Source of the DNA: a virus
Lineage: Duplodnaviria > Heunggongvirae > Uroviricota > Caudoviricetes
Reading direction: 5' to 3' (one strand)
IMG/VR virus record: IMGVR_UViG_3300012667_000768
Length of the DNA stretch: 64,000 bases
Under the pieces are notes generated by a model, which saw only the letters and a program-made list of their open reading frames with translations, had not been told where the DNA came from and did no database searches. Both the position numbers and the translations under genes were made by a program. Below, in pieces: positions 1 through 10,013 of this stretch. Positions within the stretch are counted from its first letter, which is position 1. Every line of letters starts with the position of its first letter.

Positions 1-69
1 TATTGGTACCGACTCCAGAGGAACGCCAAGTTCTTTCTAAGCCGAAAGTAGGCTTCCCCTGTTTAGCCA
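1..69 (-). CDS. 5' end of a minus-strand gene running off the window (partial)
   Basis: ATG at 67-69 (reverse complement) opens an ORF that continues past position 1; lies immediately downstream of the fibre gene stop. Confidence 0.2.
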
Positions 70-3000
70 TTATTTAGCGTCCTTGACAGCTAGTGATACA
101 ACGTATGTGCTGCCTCCATCATATGTGAATAACGACCATACATCAACAGCATTAGCTGTTGTTGTCTGTGGCGGAGCGATACCCCCATTGAACTTAAATG
201 ATGCAGGCCATGTTACCGTACGAGTTCCAGAACCGTCTTGTTTTACTATTAAAGTTAAGGCAGCCGGGAGTTGAGTAGGATTACCACTTATTGCTAGTGT
301 TGTATTACCATTGATCATCATGTAGAGTGTGTCATAAGTAGACACGTCCCATGTCTGTGTTCCAGACACATTAACTAATGAATTTAGATTAGACTTATTA
401 GCTTTTGCATCCACTGTTGTTGTTAGTGAAGATAGTCCAGAAGCAGTTGCATAATAAGAGCCGTGCTGTCCATCAAGAAGATCGGCATCAAGTCCTGATG
501 AAGCTCCATCATTGCCTGCGTGCCATATGGTGTTACCACCGTAAGTAAGAGCTCCAGTACCTGTGCGACCTAGCTGAGTTTGGTCAGCAGTACCAAATAC
601 TATATAAGCAGCCTCTGTATTCTGAACGCCTTTAATGCATACTGTATTACTTACATTAGTATCGCCAATCCAGGCATCATCACCTATTTTAATATTTTCT
701 TGAAGACCATTATTAGTCGTAAAGATCTTAACAAATGTCGGAGAATCGCTAGTTGCTACTGCTTGTCCAATAGACACAGTAGGTGACGCGCCTTCGCTGC
801 CTGATCCCGATACTGTGACACCTGTGCCAGCAGTTATACCTTCAACATAGTTGCCTGTAGTATCTGTGCCAAGCGCTACTGAATTAGCAGCAATTGTAGC
901 TGTTAGAGTTACATCAGCCGATCCATTTAAAGATACAGAACCCGAAAGGTCGCCTCCTAGTGAGATTGTTCTGGCTGTCTGCCATGCAGAAGCTGTACTA
1001 GCATTACCTGTTAGGCTGCCCTCAATATTCGCTACAAGAGTATCTATGGCAAATGTTGCATCAGTAGTAGTAATAGTAGTACTTGGTTCAGTAGTCATAC
1101 CGCTGAATAAATACCATTTATCAGCTGACGCCTTTCTTACTATGCCGGAGTGTTGGTATAGCCCATCGTTAAAGTGTCCGACAATACCTAGATCTGCAGC
1201 ATTACCAGTATTTCCAGTACCAATATAAATTAGAGGATCGGTAATAGATAAATCAGTTGTACTTACTGTAGTAGTTGTACCACTAACAGTTAAGTTTCCG
1301 TTTACTGTGATACTATTGAAAGTAACATCATCTGTAGTACCCACAGGTTGTCCAATCGCTACAGTAGGAGACCAGCCCTCGCCAGCAGTGCCAGATACTG
1401 TAACTCCTGTTCCAGCAGTTAGACCGGCAACGTAGTTGCCTGTTGTGTCAGTACCTAAAGCTACTGAGTTAGCCGCAATAGTTGTTGTAATCGCTGCGTT
1501 TGCACTTCCATTAAAAGATACTGAGCCAGTAACATCTCCTGTTAGAGAAATAGTTCTAGCAGTCTGTAAAGTAGTTGCTGTAGTAGCATTACCACTTAAT
1601 GCAGCAGTGATAATTCCAGCACTAAAATCGCCATCGCCATCTCTAGCTACTACAGTATTACCTGTATTATTTTTGGTAGCATTGACACCAAGAGTTAGTG
1701 CCGCACCTTCTGATCCTACTCCTGATCCGCCAGTAATATAAGAGCCATTAGCAATAGTTGCTACATAGTTTCCAGTTGTATCTGTCCCAAGCGCTACTGA
1801 ATTAGCAGCTACAGTAGCCGTTAATGTAGCATTAGCTGAACCATCAATAGATACAGATCCAGTAAGATCTCCACCTAATGTGATTGTTCTAGGAGTGGTC
1901 CACTTAGCCGCTGATCCTGTTATGTTATCAGAAGCTATAATAAATCCAGCTCCATTAGCTAACTGAGAAGTATTGGTCGGTATAGTTATAGCACCGGTAG
2001 TGGAGTTATAATCGCCACTTCCAGCTGTAAAAGTTAAAGCCGATCTAGCACGAGCATCAGTGAAATAAAGATTTGTTGTACCTTCTGTAATCTCGTCGGT
2101 ATTATCTTTACCCGCTACAGCAGTGTCTACATAACTCTTAGTGGCTATTGTAGAAGTATCTACCGATACCTGTCCTGTTGCAATAGTAATACCGCTTCCT
2201 GCAGTAAAGTGTGCCCTAACTTCCGAAGCACTTGGACCTGTATATGAAAATACACCAGTTCCGCTATCATAAGCTAAGCTACCATCTCCGCCATTGTCAG
2301 TTACACTAACTGCGCCTCTTGCTCTAGTATTAGTATAGTAAAGATTAGTTGTACCTTCTGTAATTTCGTCAGTATTATCTTTCCCAGATACTGCTGTATC
2401 TACATAAGAACGTGTTGCCATTACAGCAGTATCAGCAGCTACTTGTCCATCCGTGATTGTAACGCCAGCTCCAGCAGTAAAGTGTGATCTAACTTCACTC
2501 GCACTAGGGCCTGTGTATACAAGAGCCCCTGTAAGTGTATTATAAGTTAGACTACCGTCACCACTAGCATCTGTTAGTGATATAGCATTTCTGGCTCTCG
2601 AATCTGTATAGTAAAGATTAGTTGAACCTTCTGTAATTTCATCGGTGTTATCTTTTGTAGCAAGAGCAGTAGCTATATTATCTGTTACATAAGTTTTTGT
2701 AGCTACGGTTGAATCTATACTAACAGCACCGTCTGTAATAGAAATACCAGTACTTGCTGTAAAGTGTGCTCTAACATCGGAAGCACTCGGACCTACATAA
2801 GTAATAACGCCATTTGAGTATGATAGAGATCCATCACCACCAGAGTCTGTGACGCTAATCGCATCTCTTGCTCTAGCTGTTGTAAAGTAAAGATTATTTA
2901 CACCTTCTGTGATTTCGTCAGTATTATCTTTTCCAGCAACTGCATTTGTCACAGTAGTAGTAACAAAGCTCTTTGTAGCTAGTACATCTGTATCTGCTCC

Positions 3001-3225
3001 AATCACTCCAGAGTTATAAGTAATACCTGTTGTTGCTGAAAGATCATCTAAGCTAATAAAGCTGGTGATATCAGAAGCTCTAGCTAATGGATATCCTCCA
3101 TTTAAAGATCCGTCGTGTACTACTAAAGTATCCTTTGTAGTATCTACTGTTACTTCGCCTACGGCTCCAGCAAAAGTAGTATGTTCCGCGGTTGTTCCGC
3201 GTCTAAGTTGAATTTGTTTTGACAT
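70..3225 (-). CDS. large tail fibre protein with internal tandem repeat domains
   Basis: 1051 aa; N-terminal QLRRGTTAEH...GEV motif shared with the next 3 genes; 4 copies of a ~95-aa repeat (KDNTDEITEG..NLY(F/Y)T..RAR) and 3 copies of TISLxGD..GTDTTGNYV; DNA-level repeats visible. Confidence 0.75.
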   Translation of the reverse strand: MSKQIQLRRGTTAEHTTFAGAVGEVTVDTTKDTLVVHDGSLNGGYPLARASDITSFISLDDLSATTGITYNSGVIGADTDVLATKSFVTTTVTNAVAGKDNTDEITEGVNNLYFTTARARDAISVTDSGGDGSLSYSNGVITYVGPSASDVRAHFTASTGISITDGAVSIDSTVATKTYVTDNIATALATKDNTDEITEGSTNLYYTDSRARNAISLTDASGDGSLTYNTLTGALVYTGPSASEVRSHFTAGAGVTITDGQVAADTAVMATRSYVDTAVSGKDNTDEITEGTTNLYYTNTRARGAVSVTDNGGDGSLAYDSGTGVFSYTGPSASEVRAHFTAGSGITIATGQVSVDTSTIATKSYVDTAVAGKDNTDEITEGTTNLYFTDARARSALTFTAGSGDYNSTTGAITIPTNTSQLANGAGFIIASDNITGSAAKWTTPRTITLGGDLTGSVSIDGSANATLTATVAANSVALGTDTTGNYVATIANGSYITGGSGVGSEGAALTLGVNATKNNTGNTVVARDGDGDFSAGIITAALSGNATTATTLQTARTISLTGDVTGSVSFNGSANAAITTTIAANSVALGTDTTGNYVAGLTAGTGVTVSGTAGEGWSPTVAIGQPVGTTDDVTFNSITVNGNLTVSGTTTTVSTTDLSITDPLIYIGTGNTGNAADLGIVGHFNDGLYQHSGIVRKASADKWYLFSGMTTEPSTTITTTDATFAIDTLVANIEGSLTGNASTASAWQTARTISLGGDLSGSVSLNGSADVTLTATIAANSVALGTDTTGNYVEGITAGTGVTVSGSGSEGASPTVSIGQAVATSDSPTFVKIFTTNNGLQENIKIGDDAWIGDTNVSNTVCIKGVQNTEAAYIVFGTADQTQLGRTGTGALTYGGNTIWHAGNDGASSGLDADLLDGQHGSYYATASGLSSLTTTVDAKANKSNLNSLVNVSGTQTWDVSTYDTLYMMINGNTTLAISGNPTQLPAALTLIVKQDGSGTRTVTWPASFKFNGGIAPPQTTTANAVDVWSLFTYDGGSTYVVSLAVKDAK

Positions 3226-3241
3226 TTATAAATTCCAATCG

Positions 3242-4834
3242 TCAGGCGACGCTATCTGTAATCAGACCATAGTCCGCAGAAGAAGTAACTGGTCCAGTGA
3301 TAAATCCATAGTCCATAAGATCCATGATTCTTTGTTCGAATACTAACCAAGTTGTACCAGTGTAAATAAAGCTAGCATGTGTACGTATCTGGTCTAACAG
3401 AATATCATCTGCCTCATTAAGAATAGTACTACCATTTCTACCTACTGTTACGTGATTAGTATCGAAATAAGCATAAGCATCCATAATAACTACTTCATCA
3501 CCGACGCTAGGATTAGCAGGTAATGCTACAGATACAGGATTAGATCTAGTATCTACGAATACTCCTTCGTTATTACCAGTCGCGGTATAGTTAACACTAG
3601 TGCTCGTCCATACTTTTCCGCCTAGGCTAGTAGGTAAGTTATCTAAATCATTGTAGTCATTGGAAGTAGCTACTGCAGCGAGTCCTGTTACACCTATCTC
3701 TATAGAGGCATCGCCAAGAGTAATACCTATATTGTCTCCTGCGGTTATTTCAGCATTTTCGTATACGTTTAGAGTTTCGTTGCGAATAAGTATAGATCCA
3801 GCAGTATTTGTTCCACTAATCTTTACATCATGTAACTCATTAGTTTCATACCCATTCTGAATTTTTACGTAAATAACACCTACAGTAGCATGACTACGAA
3901 TACATACACCTACATACACAGCGTGATCAGGTGCCTGAGGTATAGTAGTAGTGTAGGCTCCAGGAGTAGTTGGAGATAGCCACAGCGCAGATCCTACTGG
4001 ATATGCTGATGTGTTCAACCCTGTTAAGTACCCAGTAGTGATACAGAATGAACTAGCACCACCAGTTACAGTCTTTGCTATCACACCGAAAGTTTTGGAG
4101 GACTTACTCTCTAAATTAGCTTGAGCAGGACGTACAGTTTGGTTGGCTCCTGTCGAGCCTACTGTGTATACTACTTCACCCTTAGTTAGTCCAGCATTAT
4201 CAGCGTCCCTAACTAGAATAGCGTTAGTCTGTCCTAGTTCAATAGCTAAACCACTATCATCTAATCCTAGGGATAATCCTTGTCGGTCTGCGTTCCAGTA
4301 TAACTTTCCAGTCTCAGGAACTTCAGCTGCTGTAGTATCGAATTGAATAAAGTCAAAGTGTTCGTCTTCAGTCTGATAGTAGCTTCTCCAAGTAGAGCCG
4401 GTGTATACGTATGTAACAGCTATGCCCTTTACATGGAGTACTTCATCTTCTGATACTCCTTCTACAGTTGAACTATTTCTGCTAACTGTTAGAGGATTGT
4501 CGCTAAAGTCATTGCCATCAATAATTACAACTTGAGTACCCTCAGTAGGAGTAGGTGGTAGCGTTATAGTAAAACTACCTCCAGAAGTATCTGCAATGAT
4601 TCCGTCTTTGTCAGAAGCAGTATAACTTCCCGTTTTTACAGTAAAGTCTATACCTCCTGGTTGTTGCATACCTATCTCAACAATACTTTCAGTACCGTCA
4701 TCTTTCTTAAGGTATAACTTGCCGTCATAAGTATTGATAGCAAGTTCGCCAAGTTCTAGTTGGCTAGTCTGCGGAACCTTTGTCGGTTCCGCAGATCTTC
4801 TTAATTTCAGTAAATTAGCCATATGGCTCCCCAT
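3242..4834 (-). CDS. tail fibre / receptor-binding protein
   Basis: 530 aa; N-terminal GELAINTYDGKLYLKKDDG motif typical of phage fibre proteins; position within the fibre cluster. Confidence 0.65.
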   Translation of the reverse strand: MGSHMANLLKLRRSAEPTKVPQTSQLELGELAINTYDGKLYLKKDDGTESIVEIGMQQPGGIDFTVKTGSYTASDKDGIIADTSGGSFTITLPPTPTEGTQVVIIDGNDFSDNPLTVSRNSSTVEGVSEDEVLHVKGIAVTYVYTGSTWRSYYQTEDEHFDFIQFDTTAAEVPETGKLYWNADRQGLSLGLDDSGLAIELGQTNAILVRDADNAGLTKGEVVYTVGSTGANQTVRPAQANLESKSSKTFGVIAKTVTGGASSFCITTGYLTGLNTSAYPVGSALWLSPTTPGAYTTTIPQAPDHAVYVGVCIRSHATVGVIYVKIQNGYETNELHDVKISGTNTAGSILIRNETLNVYENAEITAGDNIGITLGDASIEIGVTGLAAVATSNDYNDLDNLPTSLGGKVWTSTSVNYTATGNNEGVFVDTRSNPVSVALPANPSVGDEVVIMDAYAYFDTNHVTVGRNGSTILNEADDILLDQIRTHASFIYTGTTWLVFEQRIMDLMDYGFITGPVTSSADYGLITDSVA

Positions 4835-4863
4835 TCACGCTTATATAAGCGGGGCTTTATATA

Positions 4864-6156
4864 TTAAAATGTTCCGCCGTCAATATCACCCCATGCAGGC
4901 ACACCGCCTACTAGTTGGAGTATTTGACCCTCTGCTTGCACAGCTAAAGCAGCTAGTGTATTAGTACCTGAAGCATAGATAATGTCGCCGGCTACATAAG
5001 ATGTTAGACCTGTACCACCTTTAGTAGTAGCAATAGTTGTAGCATTCCATGTACCAGTAGCAACTGTACCTAAGGTAACAATACTAGTCTGACCTACATA
5101 GGCAGAGTCAATATCTACGCTGTCGCCATATACTACGATTCTATTTGTAGTACCTACTACATCTAGCTGATTACCAGACTTAGTAAGACCAGCGCCAGCA
5201 ATAACTTGACCAGCACCACTGAACTGAGATACAGTAACATCAGAAACACCTAGTGTTCCACCTACGTTAACTGTGATTAAATAACCATTATCTCCATTAA
5301 GAGTACCTTGCTCTACGAAGGCGAATGCACTGATAAGTTCATTCCAAGTATTAGCATCAGCGGCTCTATCCCAAGCACTAGCAGAAACTACATATATACC
5401 ATTCTGGTGAGCAGTATCTTGATTCTTTACTAGTACTCTATCTCCAGCGATAACAGCAATGCCGTCAATTGTCTGAGTGCCTGATAGTGTAATATTTGCA
5501 GTTGTAGCTACTCTTACGCTATCCTTAGGTGAGATACCTTGAACAGCGGAGTCTACATAATTCTTTGTTGCAGCATCCTGAGCATTTACAGGGTCGGCAA
5601 GACCTGTAATATTCTGTGAGTTAAAACTTACAGATGCGTTTGGCGCAGTCATCTGATCGAGGCGATTTGTACGTACCTGCGTATCGAAATCGCTGATCTT
5701 TGAAGCCGCTAAAGTAGGAATGTCACTAGCTGATAGTGTTGTTCCTGCGGTAGCACGACCCTTAGAGTCGATAGTTACTTTTGTATAAGTACCCGCAGTA
5801 ATACCAGTGTTTGCTAGTGTAATAGCAATTGAGGTCGCGCCAGTACCTGTCGCGTCACCTGTTAGAGTAATGGTTTCATTACCTGTTAGGTATGTATTAG
5901 TATCTAGTGTCCAGGTATCTGCGCCTGTTCTTTTTAGGAATCCAGTACCTGTAAGGCTAGAAATAGCGGTAAGATCAGCATCTAGTGCTTGTACTTCATC
6001 TAGTCTAGCCATTTTGACGAAGGTATTGTTGGATGTACCAATAGCAATACGACCTTCATCTGTGATTAAGTATGGCTCAGCTTGGTTTAAGGTCTGCGCT
6101 GTTATGGCAGATGCTAACTGGCTTGCAGTACCTCTTTTAATTTTTAAAAGTGTCAT
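4864..6156 (-). CDS. tail fibre protein
   Basis: 430 aa; N-terminal IKRGT...EPYLITDEGRIAIGTS motif (conserved fibre N-terminal box); Gly/Thr-rich. Confidence 0.65.
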   Translation of the reverse strand: MTLLKIKRGTASQLASAITAQTLNQAEPYLITDEGRIAIGTSNNTFVKMARLDEVQALDADLTAISSLTGTGFLKRTGADTWTLDTNTYLTGNETITLTGDATGTGATSIAITLANTGITAGTYTKVTIDSKGRATAGTTLSASDIPTLAASKISDFDTQVRTNRLDQMTAPNASVSFNSQNITGLADPVNAQDAATKNYVDSAVQGISPKDSVRVATTANITLSGTQTIDGIAVIAGDRVLVKNQDTAHQNGIYVVSASAWDRAADANTWNELISAFAFVEQGTLNGDNGYLITVNVGGTLGVSDVTVSQFSGAGQVIAGAGLTKSGNQLDVVGTTNRIVVYGDSVDIDSAYVGQTSIVTLGTVATGTWNATTIATTKGGTGLTSYVAGDIIYASGTNTLAALAVQAEGQILQLVGGVPAWGDIDGGTF

Positions 6157-6165
6157 GTATTATTC

Positions 6166-6501
6166 TCAGAATGTGCCGAAGTCAACATTCCCTACAGCTA
6201 GTTGGATGAAGCTGTTATTTATATCTTTTTGTATATTTAGGCTTTGATCGGTACGAATTATCCCGTCATTACCGCTTTCACCCCATATATATCCAGGAGT
6301 TCCATTAGGAGTAACGGCTACTTTTTCGTCCTCCAATTCTTCTAGTTTTGCAAACGACGAATAGGCGTTGGAACTGGTCCCAACGCCTAATCTATGTTCG
6401 TCAGTTATTAAGTAAGGTTCGCCGTCTCTTAGCTGATCGCTTGCAGCAGCCGCTTCAATCTGAGCTCGCGTACCTCGTTTTATCTGTATAGTATGAGTCA
6501 T
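6166..6501 (-). CDS. small tail-fibre-like protein (N-terminal box paralog)
   Basis: 111 aa; IKRGT..GEPYLITDEHRLGVGTS, the same N-terminal motif as the 4864-6156 product. Confidence 0.55.
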   Translation of the reverse strand: MTHTIQIKRGTRAQIEAAAASDQLRDGEPYLITDEHRLGVGTSSNAYSSFAKLEELEDEKVAVTPNGTPGYIWGESGNDGIIRTDQSLNIQKDINNSFIQLAVGNVDFGTF

Positions 6502-6553
6502 CTAGTATACTATAACGTACCGAAGAGTACGTGCTTGCTGCTAACCGCAGCGA

Positions 6554-6748
6554 TTAGCTACTGGATGTTGTACTAGCTACAACCATATGTAACCAGAGTA
6601 CTGCTAGCCAATTCCAAAACGTGAGTTGAATGGAAGTACCGAACAGTTGGTTTACAGCTAAAATACTTAGCCATGGTCCTAATACGAGGATTCCTACTAC
6701 AAAAAGTAGGACACCCCCTACACCAAGAGCTGGGAATATGTTTCTCAT
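6554..6748 (-). CDS. small membrane protein (2 TM)
   Basis: ATG start MRNIFPALG..; track ORF starts at an upstream TTG; two hydrophobic helices; -10 box 6 nt upstream of the ATG. Confidence 0.5.
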   Translation of the reverse strand: MRNIFPALGVGGVLLFVVGILVLGPWLSILAVNQLFGTSIQLTFWNWLAVLWLHMVVASTTSSS

Positions 6749-6754
6749 GTTTAT

Positions 6755-6783
6755 TTTATACTCCAAAACGGCATAAAAGTCAA
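6755..6783 (-). promoter_or_regulatory. host-type promoter TTGACT-N17-TATAAA
   Basis: minus strand reads cTTGACTtttatgccgttttggagTATAAAataaacATG; -10 is 6 nt before the ATG. Confidence 0.5.
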
Positions 6784-6792
6784 GTTATTTTT

Positions 6793-7158
6793 CTACGAGG
6801 CTAGGATAAAATCGCCTGTACGGTCTAGAAATTTGTAGTCTACTAGAGTAGGTTTAAACTCTTCGATAGCCGCTAAAATCGTATCAATATTGAACTCAGC
6901 ACACGAATATACATCGAGTCTCAATAGACCAGGCTCATCCTCGTCCCAAACGTGTAGAGCTATATGACTAGTCTCAATAATAGTTACGGCGGTGAGACCT
7001 CTATTACCAGGCATATCATGGTATCTAGCGTAAGGCCCATCGAGAATTTTCATCCCAATGTCTTCTACTAACTTCTTTTTCCATTGTACGATATACTCTG
7101 GATTCTTGGGTGGATCTTTTACTCTGGCATTAATAACCAGTAGGTGATGTACTAGCAT
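6793..7158 (-). CDS. speH: S-adenosylmethionine decarboxylase proenzyme (small SpeH type, pyruvoyl-dependent)
   Basis: 121 aa; IIETSHIALHVWDE matches the ESH autocleavage/pyruvoyl motif (cf. ISESHLTIHTWPE); DVYSCA resembles the DLFTCG block. Confidence 0.7.
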   Translation of the reverse strand: MLVHHLLVINARVKDPPKNPEYIVQWKKKLVEDIGMKILDGPYARYHDMPGNRGLTAVTIIETSHIALHVWDEDEPGLLRLDVYSCAEFNIDTILAAIEEFKPTLVDYKFLDRTGDFILAS

Positions 7159-7161
7159 TTC

Positions 7162-7872
7162 TTATTTTCCTTCGAGCCACTTTTTAAAGTGGGGCCGGTA
7201 TGGACGATATACGTCAACTCCATATTCTTTTAAATGATCCAGATTTCCTAGATCATACGCGTAAGCACCATCGTAATACCCGCCATATTCCTGAATATTT
7301 GGGAAATATGGTGAAGGCTCTTCGATTGGCTCAATAACATAAACCTGATAGTAGTTATACTCCTTATCAGTTACGTTACGTTTGTGTTCTAGCACGATGG
7401 CCATACAATGCCTACGAGCATGCCATACAATCTGGCCTGGCTCGAATTCTTCTCGCGCACAAGGTTCTGGAATAATTCCAGGATTGTGGTAGTCTGCTCC
7501 CACGACTTTTTGTGGAACGCCTACCCTCTCGATTACTTCTTTAACAAAAGAAGTAGAACGAAAGAGACGCTTTGAAATATCTATAATGGAATCTCCATCA
7601 AGATACCCTTCAATTACTGCTTGGATTTCAAAGGAGTTAGCTGGCTTACCCCGATTGGCAGCGCGACGACGCTGTAGCTCAGATACTTCTTCCTTATAGG
7701 TTTCAATGATCTTTGCTAGTCGCGTAGTATTATACGAAATATTAAGTATTTCGCACGCGTCCTTTTTAGAGATAGGCTTTTCAGCTTCAAGAAGCTCAAT
7801 AACCTTCTTGATATTAGCTTCGGTTAGATTCTCATGTTCCTTAGCTTTAACCTTGCCACGACCAGTAGCCAT
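7162..7872 (-). CDS. HTH DNA-binding protein, hypothetical
   Basis: 236 aa; N-terminal KKDACEILNISYNTTRLAKIIE helix-turn-helix-like segment; Shine-Dalgarno GGAGAG; own promoter. Confidence 0.5.
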   Translation of the reverse strand: MATGRGKVKAKEHENLTEANIKKVIELLEAEKPISKKDACEILNISYNTTRLAKIIETYKEEVSELQRRRAANRGKPANSFEIQAVIEGYLDGDSIIDISKRLFRSTSFVKEVIERVGVPQKVVGADYHNPGIIPEPCAREEFEPGQIVWHARRHCMAIVLEHKRNVTDKEYNYYQVYVIEPIEEPSPYFPNIQEYGGYYDGAYAYDLGNLDHLKEYGVDVYRPYRPHFKKWLEGK

Positions 7873-7898
7873 TGCTCTCTCCTTTGTAATAAAATCCG

Positions 7899-7927
7899 AT
7901 TATACTAGCCAAAGCTAGCAAAGTCAA
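7899..7927 (-). promoter_or_regulatory. promoter TTGACT-N17-TATAAT
   Basis: perfect -35 and -10 hexamers, 17-bp spacer, upstream of 7162-7872. Confidence 0.6.
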
Positions 7928-7928
7928 G

Positions 7929-8069
7929 TTAAATTTTGAAAATCCTTAGGATCTCATCGTCCAGATCGTAGTCTAGCATGTCTCCCTCTTCCCAATCAAG
8001 GTTACGAACCATGCTTTCGGGTATAATAATTCTGTATTCATCTAGATCTGAATCGTATTCAAGTTCCAT
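7929..8069 (-). CDS. small acidic hypothetical protein
   Basis: start re-assigned to MELEYDSD.. directly after the thyX stop; the track ORF 7929-8150 overlaps thyX. Confidence 0.4.
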   Translation of the reverse strand: MELEYDSDLDEYRIIIPESMVRNLDWEEGDMLDYDLDDEILRIFKI

Positions 8070-8070
8070 A

Positions 8071-8745
8071 TTATTCTCCAGGGCTTTGTGCAGCCTCTGC
8101 AACATTGGGAAAGTGTTGCTTAATGATTGTCCAACATTGTTCAGCAACAATGCGGTGTTCTTTTTGTGTTGCTTTATCCATACGTAGTTGACAGTAGTGA
8201 ATCCAACTACGTAGTGAGCCTGACATAATCATTACTGATTCTGTGCAGCCTTCAGGTAGAACTGCGCGAGCTTGTTCTTTGGCAATACCATTATCAATAG
8301 CCCACTTGTAGGCATACTCAACTTCGTTCAGTACTCGTGCTTGTCTAATATTCCAATTTTCTTCAAGTAGTTTATTATCGCCAACTTCGATTGAGTTCTG
8401 TCTGTTCTTGGCATCTTGAAGTCTGGCTTCTCGCTTAACAAATCCAAGATCTTTCGTTGGATCGGCGTAACGCTGAGAGTACTCTTGGAATGAGAAAGAA
8501 CGATGTCGCAAAATTTGGCGAGCGATATCTCGTGTGGTTTTGATTTCCATTGAGACATGGATCATCTCCAAAGGTGACCAGTGTTGATTACGAATAAGAT
8601 AACTAACTAACTTATTAGCTGTCGCTGTATTATTTTGATTTGAGGGATTAGAGACTCGTGCAGCCCATGCTACTAGTTCTTCAGCCGTAGTGCAATCAGT
8701 ATATGCGCTAGGCTTAGTAACACCAATTAGGTTTACTTCACTCAT
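8071..8745 (-). CDS. thyX: flavin-dependent thymidylate synthase ThyX
   Basis: 224 aa; ThyX signature RHRSFSFQEYSQRY (RHR-x7-S). Confidence 0.8.
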   Translation of the reverse strand: MSEVNLIGVTKPSAYTDCTTAEELVAWAARVSNPSNQNNTATANKLVSYLIRNQHWSPLEMIHVSMEIKTTRDIARQILRHRSFSFQEYSQRYADPTKDLGFVKREARLQDAKNRQNSIEVGDNKLLEENWNIRQARVLNEVEYAYKWAIDNGIAKEQARAVLPEGCTESVMIMSGSLRSWIHYCQLRMDKATQKEHRIVAEQCWTIIKQHFPNVAEAAQSPGE

Positions 8746-8939
8746 TATAGTGATTCCAATGCCTCTAGCTTGTCTTGATATTCTGCGATATGAGCAAGTT
8801 CTTCCTCAATAGCAGACATAAAGTCTGTATGGTCATGAATAGCCATAGGGTTATCTAGCATGATTTCTACGTTCATTTTGTGCTTGTTAATGTGCGCTAA
8901 GAAATGTTCACTTAGCGCGTTAATAATTTTACTTTGCAT
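8745..8939 (-). CDS. hypothetical protein
   Basis: 64-aa ORF, stop overlaps the thyX start. Confidence 0.45.
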   Translation of the reverse strand: MQSKIINALSEHFLAHINKHKMNVEIMLDNPMAIHDHTDFMSAIEEELAHIAEYQDKLEALESL

Positions 8940-9034
8940 ATTTAATTCCTAAAATTACTAGTACTACTAGCCATACTCCGAGCGGAACTTGTGCTAATAA
9001 AGCGACCAATAATATAAAATACATTATAGTAAGA

Positions 9035-9625
9035 CTAACGTCCACTAATTCTTCCCTTCTGTGCGGCTACGGCTTCGTCATCCCACCAGTCTGGCTTACC
9101 TCTACGCTTCCACGTAGCAAAAGGGCCTTTATCCAACATATAGAACTTACGATAGGATGCAACTGCATCATCTGACTTTAGTTGGTCAGGCATTGCAAGA
9201 GTTGGTGTAGACCACCCGACATTCGGAAGTCTAGTAGGTTCTGGCATACGATTGGCCTCTGCGCAGGACGCATGAGATTTATTACCACGCCACATCGTCT
9301 CCTCGTTCAAGGCATTGATGTAGTTGATAATCCAGTAGTGATGCTCTAGGCTACTACGTGCCCAAATAGCGCTTGGATGATTAATGTGAGTTGGCAGATA
9401 TCTAGTGAATAGACGTTGGTCAATAGCCGGTTCATTACGCTTATGTTCATTAATAACTCCTAATTCTTCACTTGTTAGTTTACGTGGGATAAAGCCTAGA
9501 TACTTATCTACCCATAGTGTGGTAGTCATAAGCTGTGCTGCCTCTAGTTGCATCTTACCTACGTGTTTGTCGATATGATACTCGGCACATTTATCTAGGT
9601 CATGATCTAGATAGAATAAATTCAT
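9035..9625 (-). CDS. hypothetical protein
   Basis: start re-assigned to MNLFYLDHD (ATG with GAAAGGA Shine-Dalgarno); the track start at 9673 would overlap the promoter -35. Confidence 0.5.
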   Translation of the reverse strand: MNLFYLDHDLDKCAEYHIDKHVGKMQLEAAQLMTTTLWVDKYLGFIPRKLTSEELGVINEHKRNEPAIDQRLFTRYLPTHINHPSAIWARSSLEHHYWIINYINALNEETMWRGNKSHASCAEANRMPEPTRLPNVGWSTPTLAMPDQLKSDDAVASYRKFYMLDKGPFATWKRRGKPDWWDDEAVAAQKGRISGR

Positions 9626-9644
9626 ACTAATCCTTTCTATATTT

Positions 9645-9673
9645 AATATAGCAAAACTAACAAGCGAAGTCAA
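9645..9673 (-). promoter_or_regulatory. promoter TTGACT-N17-TATATT
   Basis: upstream of 9035-9625. Confidence 0.5.
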
Positions 9674-9680
9674 GACTTAT

Positions 9681-10013
9681 TTAAACAGTTCCACCAATAA
9701 TGCTATGCTCTACAGCAATGTGTGAAAGATCTAGTTGAGTACCGCCACTCTGCGTTCTCTTTACCCAATCTTCCATTAGCTTAGCATATCCACCAATATC
9801 GTGGTAGTTATCATCATAATACTCGTCTCCGTTAAGAGTACGAGCCATCTTATCCGCTAGAGTAGTGAACCCTTGCTTGATAACAGGAGGCAGACGTTCC
9901 CACTTCTCTGGGTAAATCCGGAAAGCATCCTGAATAGCCTGTGCGATAGTAGCGTGTTCTTCGAATGAACCATATCTAGCGCCTCTTTCTTTTAGTGTGT
10001 TTTCTATTGACAT
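9681..10013 (-). CDS. hypothetical protein
   Basis: 110-aa ORF in the operon with the spanins. Confidence 0.5.
   Translation of the reverse strand: MSIENTLKERGARYGSFEEHATIAQAIQDAFRIYPEKWERLPPVIKQGFTTLADKMARTLNGDEYYDDNYHDIGGYAKLMEDWVKRTQSGGTQLDLSHIAVEHSIIGGTV

Noticed and set aside
83-6247. Plus-strand ORFs inside the fibre genes (83-274, 851-1228, 1436-1741, 3660-3860, 4143-4346, 5807-6247 and others)
   Set aside because: They are antisense to long fibre genes that carry strong repeat and motif evidence, and they have no Shine-Dalgarno. They are artefacts of the Gly/Thr/Ala-rich coding strand.
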